From Methanobacteriota archaeon (GTDB lineage Archaea; Altiarchaeota; Altiarchaeia; IMC4; QMZM01), in assembly GCA_903930485.1 (NCBI GenBank), contig CAIYYO010000024.1, positions 1 through 41,839 on the forward strand: a stretch of 41,839 nucleotides of DNA, in the 5' to 3' direction. Both the position numbers and the translations under genes were made by a program. Shown here piece by piece: positions 1-9,082 of the stretch. How positions within the stretch are numbered: position 1 is the stretch's first letter; every line of letters starts with the position of its first letter. The notes under the pieces are model-generated. The model had not been told where the DNA came from. It searched no databases and saw nothing but the letters and a program-made list of their open reading frames with translations.

Positions 1-79
1 GTCGAGAAATGGGGCTGTCAGACTAATCTTCCGACGTGGGACGCAGTCCTGAAGAGGTCCGAGAACATCCAGCAGTAGC

Positions 80-2962
80 TCATTGGCTTACTTTAGTCTT
101 CAGTTTGTTTATCCGGAAGTCCGTATCGATGAGCTGTTTCTCGTAGTCCTCGCTTATGTCCTTGAAGCTTTCCAGGCCTATCTCCCGCCTGTAGTATTTC
201 TGCTGGACGATCTTTATCTTCTCCTTGAGGTCGTCTCTCGTGTCTATCAGAGCCTGCAGATCTTCCTGATCTTTTGCCATGAGCTCTCTTTTCTCTTCTT
301 TTATCATGTCTCTGAGTTCGTCGTGGACGCACATGCTGAAGCCCATCAGGAAGTTGTAGAGGTCTTTGTAGACCGCTTCTTCGCCGCTTTTCTCGAGCTC
401 TTTCTTGGCCATCGTTATCCAGGGGATGAGGGATGACTTTGTTTTCTTGATGACCTGGATGAAGTCGTCCATGTTTATCTTCCGCTCGGGAGCGCCTTTC
501 AAAGCCTCGGACCAGGGTATTTCGGCGGCTGAGTCGCATATCATCTTTATGTCCGCCGAGGAGTAGCCGTCGGTAATTTCGGCAAGTTTGTCGTAGTCGG
601 TGCCGGGTTCGATCGGCTTTCCCTTGCAGTGTATCTTGAATATCTCTATCCTTGATTCGAAATTGGGCGGGGGTATGAAGATCTGTTTCGTGAACCTCTC
701 GGACCTTCTGAGAGCGGGGTCTATCGCCCACGGCGAATTGGTCGCGCCCATGACTACGAGGCCTTTTGTTTTCTTGAATCCATCAAGCTCCGTCAGGAAT
801 TCGTCCACGAGCCTGACGTCTGTCATCGTCAGGAGGTCTCTTCTCCCCGCGACGCCTTCGACCTCGTCAAAGAAAAGTATCGCCGGAGCGTTCCTGCTCG
901 CCCTCTGGAATATCTCCTTGATCTTTTTCTCGCTTTCGCCTTTCTCGGGAGAGATCACGTCGGTTATCCTGACGTTGAAGAAGGCTGAATTGCATTCGCC
1001 GGCCGTGGCCTTTGCAAGGTACGTTTTTCCGCATCCTGGAGGACCGTATAATAGTATTCCTCCGCCGATGGTCTTGCCGAATTCCTTGGCAAGGTCTTCC
1101 CTGAGCATCGGGTATATTATGGATTTGCGTATCTCCTCTTTCACATCCTCTAGGCCGCCGACGTCTTTGAAGCTTGTCTGCGGCTTCTTCACGACGTCGA
1201 CTCCGCCAGCATATTTCAGGATATATTTCGTATACTCCCTGTACAAGTCCGATTCCCCGCTTTCCTCGGCCATCCTATAAGCCGCCTTATACCACGGTAT
1301 CAGCGAAGACTTTTGCTTGCTTATCGCCTTAAAGAAGTCCTGCATCCCTATCTTCCTGTTCTCTCCCTTGTCTATCGCCTCCCCCCAGGGTATCTTGGCT
1401 GCAGCGTCGCATATGGCTTTTATGTCCGCCGCCGAGTAGCCGTCGGTTATCTCCCCGAGTTTTTCGTAGTCTATTTCCGCATCCACCGGCTCCTTTTTCG
1501 TGTGCAGCCTGAAGAGCTCTGCCCGCTGCTTTGCATCAGGCGGGGGTATGAATAATTGTTTGGTGAATCTCTCAGCCCTCCTTAGTGCAGGATCTATCGC
1601 CCAGGGAGTGTTCGTAGCTGCCATGAAGAGGATGTTCTCCTTCATGCTCTCGACGCCGTCCATCTCGGTCAGGAGCTGGTTTATCAGCATATTCTCGGTA
1701 TGCTCCCCCTTGGTCCCTCTCAACCCCCCGACTGCGTCTATCTCGTCGAAGAATATCACCGACGGCGGGCTTTTTGATGCTTCCTCGAATATCTCGTGCA
1801 AGGCTCTTGCGCCTTCTTCGAATCCTTTTTTTACGAGGTCGCTCAGGTTTATGTTGAAGAAGTTGGCTCCGCATTCGCCTATCGTCGCCTTGGCTATGTA
1901 GGTCTTGCCGCACCCCGGCGGGCCGTATAATAGTATGCCGCCTCCTCCTTTTCTTCCGTATTGTTTGGCGAGGTCTGGCCTTATTATCGGGTATATTATC
2001 TCGTCTCTTATCTCTCTCTTTACTTCGTCGAGGCCGGCCACTTCGGAGAAGTTGATGGTTTCCCTTTCCACCGGCACGGATTTCACGGCCCCCACTTCTG
2101 TTCCGAGGGAGATCGGCTTGAGTTCGGCTCCGGGGAGCATCTTGTCTTCTTCGTCGCAGTAGCAGACCGGGAAGGAGTAATCGACGACCCTTTCACTTTT
2201 CTTGATCTTTCTCCTGTAACTGCAGCCGATGTATGGCATATAGGTTACTCCTTCGACTTTGACCTCGGCCTGGTAGAGGTTTTTGAATATCGAGGATATC
2301 TGTTCCACGGAGAGCTTGATGGGGTCCTTGGCGTAGGTCTCCGCAAGTACGTTCGTGGATTTGACGTAGTTGGCTAGGTCGTATCCTTCATTGGAGTAAT
2401 ACGGCATGTGGAAATTTATATTCACCCTGTCCTTGACGACGGTGTGTCTGATGCGGTTATTCTCATCGGCTTCTGAAAGCATTTCGTCCATGAACAAGGT
2501 GCAGAGCTCTTTTACGGCCGGCTTGTAGATCTTTATCAGGCCTATGCTCATCAGCTCGGAAAGGGCGTCCGGAGATATCTCGTCCTTGAAGGTCTCGCCT
2601 TTCCGTAGAAGGGTCCCAAGCGCAATGACCGTAGAATCGGCGGCATAAAGCAATTTGTTCAGCAGGTCGTAGGTTTGGATGTTCTTGCCTTTTACGTGGA
2701 AGATCACTCCGGTGTTCAGGTTCACGTAGAAGGTGTTGTCGCGTTTCTCGTAGCTTGTCTGATGGGTTATCCCTTTCTGGATGGCTTCGGCCCTTGAAAG
2801 CCTTAGGACCAGGAGGGGGAAGTATCCTTTTTTTATCTCGGGGTTTTCCTTGGCTATTATGCCCAGGAACTTCCCGGAGCCGGATAAGAGCTTTTCCTCC
2901 AATTCCTTCTCTTTTTTCTCCGAGACTGCGAATGCAAGGGTGTTTACCTTCTTTATTTCCAT
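80..2962 (-). CDS. Tandem (type II) AAA+ ATPase with two Vps4/katanin-like cassettes, an unknown N-terminal domain and a coiled-coil-like C-terminus
   Basis: 960-aa ORF starting at an ATG. It has two Walker A motifs (GPPGCGKT), Walker B FFDEID and FFDEVE, sensor ATN, and DPALRRxERFTKQxFIPPP in both halves, which resembles Vps4/katanin-type cassettes. Each cassette is followed by a similar tail (M.DF...K.KSSLIPW). The first ~300 aa and the charged last ~100 aa match no family I recognise. Confidence 0.85.
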   Translation of the reverse strand: MEIKKVNTLAFAVSEKKEKELEEKLLSGSGKFLGIIAKENPEIKKGYFPLLVLRLSRAEAIQKGITHQTSYEKRDNTFYVNLNTGVIFHVKGKNIQTYDLLNKLLYAADSTVIALGTLLRKGETFKDEISPDALSELMSIGLIKIYKPAVKELCTLFMDEMLSEADENNRIRHTVVKDRVNINFHMPYYSNEGYDLANYVKSTNVLAETYAKDPIKLSVEQISSIFKNLYQAEVKVEGVTYMPYIGCSYRRKIKKSERVVDYSFPVCYCDEEDKMLPGAELKPISLGTEVGAVKSVPVERETINFSEVAGLDEVKREIRDEIIYPIIRPDLAKQYGRKGGGGILLYGPPGCGKTYIAKATIGECGANFFNINLSDLVKKGFEEGARALHEIFEEASKSPPSVIFFDEIDAVGGLRGTKGEHTENMLINQLLTEMDGVESMKENILFMAATNTPWAIDPALRRAERFTKQLFIPPPDAKQRAELFRLHTKKEPVDAEIDYEKLGEITDGYSAADIKAICDAAAKIPWGEAIDKGENRKIGMQDFFKAISKQKSSLIPWYKAAYRMAEESGESDLYREYTKYILKYAGGVDVVKKPQTSFKDVGGLEDVKEEIRKSIIYPMLREDLAKEFGKTIGGGILLYGPPGCGKTYLAKATAGECNSAFFNVRITDVISPEKGESEKKIKEIFQRASRNAPAILFFDEVEGVAGRRDLLTMTDVRLVDEFLTELDGFKKTKGLVVMGATNSPWAIDPALRRSERFTKQIFIPPPNFESRIEIFKIHCKGKPIEPGTDYDKLAEITDGYSSADIKMICDSAAEIPWSEALKGAPERKINMDDFIQVIKKTKSSLIPWITMAKKELEKSGEEAVYKDLYNFLMGFSMCVHDELRDMIKEEKRELMAKDQEDLQALIDTRDDLKEKIKIVQQKYYRREIGLESFKDISEDYEKQLIDTDFRINKLKTKVSQ

Positions 2963-2990
2963 GCGTTATGAATATGGGGAAGACTACTTA

Positions 2991-3788
2991 TTATTTCTTA
3001 CCCCCGATTTCGACGCTGTAGGCTTTCCCTCCCCTGTCAAGGATCGAGGTTACGATTATGGAAAGCGCCTGGTTGACTGCGGTCTGGTCGGTGCCGGTGA
3101 CGTCTATGAAGACGTCTTTTGTGCCCTCGCTCAGTCGGGTGAGTTCTCCGTTTATTATCGGCGGAAAAGAGAGGATGTTCTTGTTCCTGTCGAGTATTAT
3201 GGGGAACCTCTTCATCCCTTCCAGAGCCCCTGCGTACATTTTTCCTTTAGGATGCTTTTCAAGTATCTCCCCAAGGGACATCTTTTCTTTCATGTCCAAG
3301 GGTACGAACGAGATGTCAGAAGGCCCCGAGGTCGTGTAATAGAAGGGGGCTGCGACCCGGCCCATATCGTGTACGCCGATTGCAACTTTTTTCCTGTTCC
3401 TGCCGTGCGTGATGTGGAGCTTTTCCTGTATGTTCATCAGGGAGATCAGCCGTTCTTCGGTGAAGGTCAGGCCTCGAACGATGCCTGCGGCTATGTATGG
3501 CCTGACGTCTTTTACCGCAGGGTCGACGAGGACCTCTATGTCGGAGTTGAGAACTTTGTATACGGGCAGGCCGGTCTCTATCCCTAGCACTCCTTTGAGG
3601 GCGCGGGCGAATCCTTCTATGCCTAGCATGTCCGGCCTGTTGGGGAAAACCTCCATGACTATTTTTTCCCTGTCCAGGCGCTCCACATCTACTCCGAGCA
3701 TGGAGACGCATTCTCTCAATTCTTCGGGCCGGTAATCCTTTCCCAAAAGGGAAGTCAGCTCCCTGAAACCGAACTCTGTCGTAGGCAT
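2991..3788 (-). CDS. Phenylalanyl-tRNA synthetase beta-subunit-like protein, N-terminal plus B3/4 domains only (truncated paralog or gene fragment)
   Basis: The ORF is 2991..3806 from a GTG. The internal ATG at 3788 gives MPTTEF..., the canonical archaeal PheT start. PheT-like motifs are present: NRPDMLGIEGFARAL, RPYIAAGIVRGL, HGRNRKKVAIGVHD, PPIINGELT, IDVTGTD. The protein stops after ~265 aa, where full-length archaeal PheT (~550 aa) continues into the B5 and C-terminal domains. Confidence 0.75.
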   Translation of the reverse strand: MPTTEFGFRELTSLLGKDYRPEELRECVSMLGVDVERLDREKIVMEVFPNRPDMLGIEGFARALKGVLGIETGLPVYKVLNSDIEVLVDPAVKDVRPYIAAGIVRGLTFTEERLISLMNIQEKLHITHGRNRKKVAIGVHDMGRVAAPFYYTTSGPSDISFVPLDMKEKMSLGEILEKHPKGKMYAGALEGMKRFPIILDRNKNILSFPPIINGELTRLSEGTKDVFIDVTGTDQTAVNQALSIIVTSILDRGGKAYSVEIGGKK

Positions 3789-3847
3789 ATTCTCTTTTGA
3801 AAACACTCGCTTTTATTGTATTAAGGCTTTAGGGAAATTAAAACCCC

Positions 3848-3858
3848 TTTTTATTATA
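3848..3858 (+). promoter_or_regulatory. TATA-like box upstream of the trkH-like gene
   Basis: The sequence tttttattata is centred ~26 nt upstream of the ATG at 3879, inside a 72-bp divergent AT-rich intergenic region. This is consistent with a leaderless or short-leader archaeal transcript. Confidence 0.35.
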
Positions 3859-3878
3859 GCGTCTGAATAATTAATCTG

Positions 3879-5453
3879 ATGTTTTCTTTAAACACCGAAG
3901 ACATAAAGATCTCTCTCAAAGAGCTCAGCGGACTGTTCAGGTTCATACCTCTTATATTCCTGGCGCCTCTGCCTTTCGCAATAGATACTGTTCTGTCGAA
4001 AGACCTTTTCAAAGGCAGGGTCAGGCTGGAAGACGTCCTCCCGCTTCTCGGAGGGATTTCGGTCCAGGATTTTACGACGATGATCATAGACCTTGTGATT
4101 CGGTTCCTTGTCTTTCTGGTCCCGGCAGTCCTGTCCTACATAATCTATTCCATTTTGAGAGAGATCGCGCCGAAACAGCAGCGGTCGTCGCAGGCGAAAA
4201 CGAAGCACATCATGATGTCGGTCTCCATGGGCTGGCTTATTATCGCATTGATCAGCGCCTTACCTTATGTGTTATCGAGTACGTTGAGCCCGGTTGATGC
4301 GGTTTTCGAATCCGTTTCTGGCTGGAGCACTACCGGGATGACTCTGATAAAGGACCTGGAGTCGGCTCCAAGGGACATACTGTTCTACCGTAGTCTTACG
4401 CAGTGGCTCGGAGGCCTGGGAATAATCTTCACGGCTCTTTCGGTTTTCATGAGGAAAGGCACGGTGGCGATGGATTATTATACGCCGGAGAAAGGAGAGA
4501 AAAGGATCAAGCCGAGCATCCGCGGAACCGTGACCGAGATATGGAAGATATACGGCGTATACACGGTGATATGCTTCATACTCCTATACCTTGCGGGCAT
4601 GGGCCTTTACGACGCGTTGAATCATTCCATGAGCGTCCTTGCTACGGGCGGTTTTTCGACGCACAACGACAACATCGGCTTTTTCCAGGACCGGCCGGCC
4701 ATCCTCATCATCTCGGTTTTATTCATGTTCGTCGGGTCGATCAGTTTCTTCGTTCACTTCAGGCTCTTCGAAGGCAAAATAGGATTCCTCATCCAGAACC
4801 TCGAGTTCAGATACATGCTGACGCTTATAGCCCTGGCATCGATAGCGATATCCGTCGTCCTGTACCTGCACGACCCCTCATTGGGTGTGAATGCGGTGAT
4901 CCAAGCCGTCATCCACGCGGTCTCGGCAATGACTACCACCGGATTTTCCATAGTCGACCTCAGCAAATGGCCGGAGGCCGCGCAGATACTGCTCATCCCT
5001 TTGATGTACATCGGGGGTTTCTACGGGTCGACGGCCGGAGGGATAAAGATACTGCGGTTCATACTCTTGATAGAAATCATTTTATACAGCATAAAGAAAC
5101 TAACCCTGCCCAAGACCGCCATAATCCGGATAAAGATCGGCAACAGCCATGTAGAAGGCGAAGAGATATTCAACGTCTTCGGTTCCGCCGCTGCGTACCT
5201 CCTTATAATGTTCATAGGGGCCTTGCTGCTTATGTCTGAATACACGGCGACTCAATCGTTTTTCCTGAGCGCTTCGGCGATAGGCAACGTCGGGCTGATC
5301 AACGTATCCCCCGACCATTGGTTCGCAATGTCCATAACCTCGAAGGTGATACTCTCCTTCCTTATGTGGGCGGGGAGGCTGGAGATCCTGCCGGTGCTGG
5401 TGTTCCTGAACTCGCTGTACTTGAAAAAGAGGACGCCCAACTTCCAGGCGTGA
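3879..5453 (+). CDS. trkH: TrkH/KtrB-family cation (K+) transporter
   Basis: 524-aa polytopic membrane protein with repeated selectivity-filter-like P-loop motifs (WSTTGMT, ATGGFSTHN, TTTGFSIVD, GNVGL) and GGLGIIF. No trkA gene is adjacent. Confidence 0.85.
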   Translation: MFSLNTEDIKISLKELSGLFRFIPLIFLAPLPFAIDTVLSKDLFKGRVRLEDVLPLLGGISVQDFTTMIIDLVIRFLVFLVPAVLSYIIYSILREIAPKQQRSSQAKTKHIMMSVSMGWLIIALISALPYVLSSTLSPVDAVFESVSGWSTTGMTLIKDLESAPRDILFYRSLTQWLGGLGIIFTALSVFMRKGTVAMDYYTPEKGEKRIKPSIRGTVTEIWKIYGVYTVICFILLYLAGMGLYDALNHSMSVLATGGFSTHNDNIGFFQDRPAILIISVLFMFVGSISFFVHFRLFEGKIGFLIQNLEFRYMLTLIALASIAISVVLYLHDPSLGVNAVIQAVIHAVSAMTTTGFSIVDLSKWPEAAQILLIPLMYIGGFYGSTAGGIKILRFILLIEIILYSIKKLTLPKTAIIRIKIGNSHVEGEEIFNVFGSAAAYLLIMFIGALLLMSEYTATQSFFLSASAIGNVGLINVSPDHWFAMSITSKVILSFLMWAGRLEILPVLVFLNSLYLKKRTPNFQA

Positions 5454-5463
5454 CCTCGACCCT

Positions 5464-5505
5464 TTGCCGGTCAAGCCGGCAAGCGTCGACGGAAAGAAAG
5501 AAAAA
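5464..5505. terminator. Hairpin plus T-tract between convergent genes
   Basis: A perfect 7-bp stem with a 5-nt loop lies at 5464-5482 (ttgccgg-tcaag-ccggcaa). It is followed at 5493-5505 by an A-rich run that reads tttttctttcttt on the minus strand, downstream of the nre-like gene. Confidence 0.35.
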
Positions 5506-5527
5506 CGTCCGATTGCGGGATTCGGAA

Positions 5528-6802
5528 CTAGAAGTATTCGTTGATCTTCCTCTGCTTGAGCACTTCGCTGTTCTTCACATATTCCTCGATCGGTATCCTT
5601 AGGCGCGTTCTGATGTCCGTCAGCGCGTCGGAGAGGCTGCCGAACCTGTGCGGCTTTTTCTCAAGAGCCTTCCGGACATTCTCGCGAACCTCCCAGACCC
5701 CAACGGGCATGATATATCCCTCATAGATCTCCCTGAATATGATGACGCGGGCCTGCTTCTTCATCCTGTGCAGGGTCTCAGTGACTGCGATCCTTCCGGC
5801 GTAGTAGCCGCCGCCTTCCTTCATGGCGTACGTGGTCCGTCCCTCGAATCCTTCGTGCTCTTCCTGTATGACTGGCTTGTCGTAGGACATAGTCCATAGA
5901 GTATTCGGAGCCCATGTCTCGAACTGCTCGAACTCCCAGCGGCCGGGCATGAACAAGACCTCGAAGTGATTCTCCAAATACGTGTTTTCGTAGACTAAGA
6001 ACTGGCTTAGCTCGGGGAATAGACGTATCTCCTTCATAAGCTCCTTGGCTATCATGTCGTCGACGGCCGTGATGCTCCACCTCGTAGGCACGAGCCGTTT
6101 GCCTTCCTGCTTCCCGAGGGCTCCGGAGGAGAGGATGCTGGTCAGGTAATAGACGTCGTAGTCCTTCTTGAAAAGCTCCATTGCCGCATCGACCGCGCGA
6201 ATGTCGTCGGAAACAAGCGAGTCGACCTTGCGCGGGATCTTCGGATTATCGGCCAGCTTGAAGTCTCGTATGATGCCGGTAGGTCCCATAGGCTGGCTTA
6301 CGGCGGAAAAAGAGATATTGTATGTCGGCCGCTTCACGAAAGATGTTTCGATATCTACCGGCTTTACCGATAGAGCGATCTCCTGGGATTTTTCAACGAA
6401 CGTGCCCCGGTCTCTCACGTTCTGCTGCTTCTTGGACCTGACCAACAAGGAGCGCATCTCTATTATCTCGTCGAAGCCCATGCCGTACCACTTCGACGGG
6501 TCGTCGAGGAGGGCCGCTTTCTTGGAGTCTAGGGCAGTCATCGGGCCCACGAAAACGTTGGGGTAAGCTTTCCAGCCGACGAAGATCGACGGCGCAGGCC
6601 CGAACATGTCCTGGCTCAGGCGTTCCTCAATCGGGTCCTGGATATTGATCTTCTGCAGCAGGGGACAGGAATCGCGGCCGCAGAGAAGCCTTCCACCCTT
6701 GCAGATAAGGCAGAGCTCCCTCGACATCGGGGCGGCTTCCTTCATTGCCTTCACTATCTCGCAGCGCGGTTTCTCCCAGGTCTGGTGTTTCTCGACATGC
6801 AT
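5528..6802 (-). CDS. Nre-family (archaeal DNA-repair-associated, DUF650/DUF651-type) protein
   Basis: 424-aa ORF with the N-terminal C-x2-CKG-x-R-x-LCG-x3-CP motif (CLICKGGRLLCGRDSCP) followed by FGPAPSIFVG. I recognise this as the Nre family. The true start may be one of the internal Met residues (MKEAAPMSRELC). Confidence 0.65.
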   Translation of the reverse strand: MHVEKHQTWEKPRCEIVKAMKEAAPMSRELCLICKGGRLLCGRDSCPLLQKINIQDPIEERLSQDMFGPAPSIFVGWKAYPNVFVGPMTALDSKKAALLDDPSKWYGMGFDEIIEMRSLLVRSKKQQNVRDRGTFVEKSQEIALSVKPVDIETSFVKRPTYNISFSAVSQPMGPTGIIRDFKLADNPKIPRKVDSLVSDDIRAVDAAMELFKKDYDVYYLTSILSSGALGKQEGKRLVPTRWSITAVDDMIAKELMKEIRLFPELSQFLVYENTYLENHFEVLFMPGRWEFEQFETWAPNTLWTMSYDKPVIQEEHEGFEGRTTYAMKEGGGYYAGRIAVTETLHRMKKQARVIIFREIYEGYIMPVGVWEVRENVRKALEKKPHRFGSLSDALTDIRTRLRIPIEEYVKNSEVLKQRKINEYF

Positions 6803-6859
6803 GATGCTTTCTATATATTCAGTTTAAAGGCTTAAGTCTAAATCATTAACGGCCAAAAA

Positions 6860-8236
6860 ATGAAATTGACCTTCTGCGGCGCGGCAAGGATAGTCACGGG
6901 CTCATGCTATCTCGTCGAATCAGGGAGCGACAAGATACTCATCGATTGCGGCATGTTCCAGGGGGTAAAAGACGTCACGCGCCACAATTATGAGCCCTTC
7001 AGGTTCGATCCAAGGACGATAAGCTACGTTCTCCTTACTCACGCGCACATAGACCACTCCGGGCTCCTGCCCAAGCTGGTAAAAGAGGGATTCCGGGGAA
7101 AGATCTTCGCGACGTCGGCATCTATCGACCTGTGCCATATAATGCTTGCAGACTCCGCAGAAGTCCAGAAGTCCGAGACAGAGGACGAGAACAGGCGGCG
7201 GGAAAGCGAGGGCCTTCCGCCAAGGAATCCGCTGTATTCGATGGACGATGTGCAGGCAACGCTTCCACATTTCCAGGAAGTCGAGTACGGCCGCACCTAT
7301 TCGATAACCCGGAACATACAGGCAAGATACCTGGACGCCGGACACATCATAGGCTCGGCCATTATCGAGCTATTCGTGACCGAAAACAACGAGACCAAAA
7401 AGATCGTCTTTTCCGGCGACCTCGGGCAGTGGGACGTGCCGATAATCCACGACCCGACGATGGTCGAGGAAGCCGATTACGTTGTGATGGAATCGACCTA
7501 CGGGGACAGGCTGCACGAAGACCTCAAACAGAGAGACGACATTCTGCTGAGCTACGTCAAAGAGACCTACAACAAAAGGGGCAAACTGTTGATCCCGTCC
7601 TTCGCCGTCGAAAGGACACAGGAGCTGCTCTACGCGTTCAACAAAATGATCCTTGCAGGGAAATTCCCTGACGAAAAAGTGTTCCTGGACAGCCCGCTCG
7701 CGATCAAAGCAACCGAGATATTCGAGAAGCACCGTGAGTTCTACGACCGGGAGGCATTCAAATACAAAAACCCCTTCAACTTCCCCAACCTGGTAGAGAC
7801 CAGCAGCGTCGAAGAGTCCAAGGGGATAAATACGTACGGCCGGCCGTGCGTAGTCATCGCAGGAAACGGCATGGTCACCGGGGGACGTATCAGGCACCAC
7901 CTGAGGCACGGCCTGTCCGACCCGAGAAATACGGTGCTGTTCGTCGGATACCAGGCGGAAGGAACGCTTGGTAGACAGATACTCGAAGGCGCGAAAAGCG
8001 TCAAGATGATGGGCTTGGAGATAGAAGTCAAGGCAGAGATCAAGCGGATAGACAGCTTTTCTGCTCACGCAGACTATGAGGAACTGCTTAAATGGGTTAA
8101 CGGCTTCGTTCAAAAGCCGAAGAAGATATTCATAACCCACGGCGAAGAAGCGTCCGCCGAGGAATTCGGCAAACGGCTGACCAAGCAGGGCTTCAGGATA
8201 CACATACCCAACATCGGGGAATCGGTGGAGACATAA
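6860..8236 (+). CDS. Beta-CASP metallo-beta-lactamase-fold ribonuclease (aCPSF2/RNase J-like, no KH domains)
   Basis: 458 aa with the MBL motif HAHIDHSG, a beta-CASP region and a C-terminal SFSAHADYEEL motif. Confidence 0.85.
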   Translation: MKLTFCGAARIVTGSCYLVESGSDKILIDCGMFQGVKDVTRHNYEPFRFDPRTISYVLLTHAHIDHSGLLPKLVKEGFRGKIFATSASIDLCHIMLADSAEVQKSETEDENRRRESEGLPPRNPLYSMDDVQATLPHFQEVEYGRTYSITRNIQARYLDAGHIIGSAIIELFVTENNETKKIVFSGDLGQWDVPIIHDPTMVEEADYVVMESTYGDRLHEDLKQRDDILLSYVKETYNKRGKLLIPSFAVERTQELLYAFNKMILAGKFPDEKVFLDSPLAIKATEIFEKHREFYDREAFKYKNPFNFPNLVETSSVEESKGINTYGRPCVVIAGNGMVTGGRIRHHLRHGLSDPRNTVLFVGYQAEGTLGRQILEGAKSVKMMGLEIEVKAEIKRIDSFSAHADYEELLKWVNGFVQKPKKIFITHGEEASAEEFGKRLTKQGFRIHIPNIGESVET

Positions 8237-8242
8237 TTTTTT
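8237..8242 (+). terminator. Oligo-T tract immediately after the stop codon
   Basis: taa is followed directly by tttttt. Oligo-T tracts are the usual archaeal termination signal. Confidence 0.4.
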
Positions 8243-8284
8243 ATCTTGTCGGTAGACTAATTCAATCCATAGAGGAATGAGAAC

Positions 8285-8620
8285 ATGAGGATTATAAGCG
8301 AAAGGACCAGGGGGGAAACAGTTATTAGGGAAGAGACCCAGATACAGGGAACAGTCAACGGCCGCGTCTACGTCGACAGGGAAGGAATCCTACTACACCA
8401 GGGAATGATAATCGGCAACGTGACGGTCGAGAAAGGAGGGGAGGCAAATCTGTTCGGCTTCGTCAAAGGAGACGTCATAAACAACGGCGGAAAACTGACC
8501 ATCTTCGGCACGGTCAACGGAACGGTCAGGACGGAATCAGGCGTCACCAAAATAGACAAAGACGCGTTCATAAGAGAACTGCTCGACATGAGGGCGCAGG
8601 CCGCAGCTCCGGGGCGTTAA
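8285..8620 (+). CDS. Small beta-helix repeat protein, bactofilin/polymer-forming-cytoskeletal-like (putative)
   Basis: 111 aa with a GAGGA ribosome-binding site 9 nt upstream. It has degenerate repeats of the G-x-V/I-x-G type (IQGTVNGRVYV, IIGNVTVEKGG, FGFVKGDVINNGG, IFGTVNGTV). The function call is weak. Confidence 0.4.
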   Translation: MRIISERTRGETVIREETQIQGTVNGRVYVDREGILLHQGMIIGNVTVEKGGEANLFGFVKGDVINNGGKLTIFGTVNGTVRTESGVTKIDKDAFIRELLDMRAQAAAPGR

Positions 8621-8628
8621 TCCACCCC

Positions 8629-8994
8629 TCACTCCGTCAGTTTCTTCAAGAGCTCTTCCTTGGTCGGGATCTCGCCGATGAAGGCGAGCTCTTCGTCTAT
8701 CACCAGCGCAGGCGTCGACGCCACCTGGAATTGCAGGGCATCCAACATGCAGTCGCGTCCGCCGATAGCGGCCGGCAGCTCCGTCTGTTTTATGTCTTCT
8801 TCCGAACCTACGATGTAGTACTCGGTCCCTTCCAGTTTTGCTTTCGTCCCCGGCGTCACCTTGTCTCCGTCGATCAGTTTTTCCGAGAAGTCTTTTCCTT
8901 CTATCAGGTTGAGTTCTTTAGCGGCTTCGCGGAGCATTTTCCTGAACCTGGGGCACTTCGGGCACTTTGTTGACGTGAATAGTATTGCTTTCAT
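8629..8994 (-). CDS. Thioredoxin-fold redox-active disulfide protein (CPKC)
   Basis: 121 aa with an N-terminal beta-strand followed by CPKCP, and the C-terminal STPALVIDEE...G motif typical of small archaeal thioredoxin/glutaredoxin-like proteins. Confidence 0.7.
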   Translation of the reverse strand: MKAILFTSTKCPKCPRFRKMLREAAKELNLIEGKDFSEKLIDGDKVTPGTKAKLEGTEYYIVGSEEDIKQTELPAAIGGRDCMLDALQFQVASTPALVIDEELAFIGEIPTKEELLKKLTE

Positions 8995-9053
8995 TTCATG
9001 CCGCTCATATACTGGTTTTTATTCATAATTTAATAGGATTAATGTTTAGGTTT

Positions 9054-9061
9054 TTTATAAA
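9054..9061 (+). promoter_or_regulatory. TATA box for the small plus-strand gene at 9083
   Basis: TTTATAAA is centred ~26 nt upstream of the ATG at 9083, in an AT-rich divergent region shared with the redoxin gene. Confidence 0.4.
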
Positions 9062-9082
9062 ATAAATAAGGGTTTCTAAAAA

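Noticed and set aside
1-78. Open frame-1 segment ending in TAG at 76-78, a possible 3' end of a plus-strand gene (VEKWGCQTNLPTWDAVLKRSENIQQ)
   Set aside because: Only 25 codons are visible with no recognisable motif. This cannot be supported as a feature.
2781-3587. 268-aa ORF on the plus strand. Several other 60-230-aa ORFs overlap the AAA ATPase, TiaS, ACD and Hyf-like genes in the same way.
   Set aside because: All lie antisense to or out of frame within genes that have strong family signatures. None has its own promoter or RBS context or any recognisable motif.
7370-8203. 277-aa ORF on the minus strand
   Set aside because: It is antisense to the beta-CASP RNase gene and has no recognisable motifs or start context. 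It is a shadow ORF.
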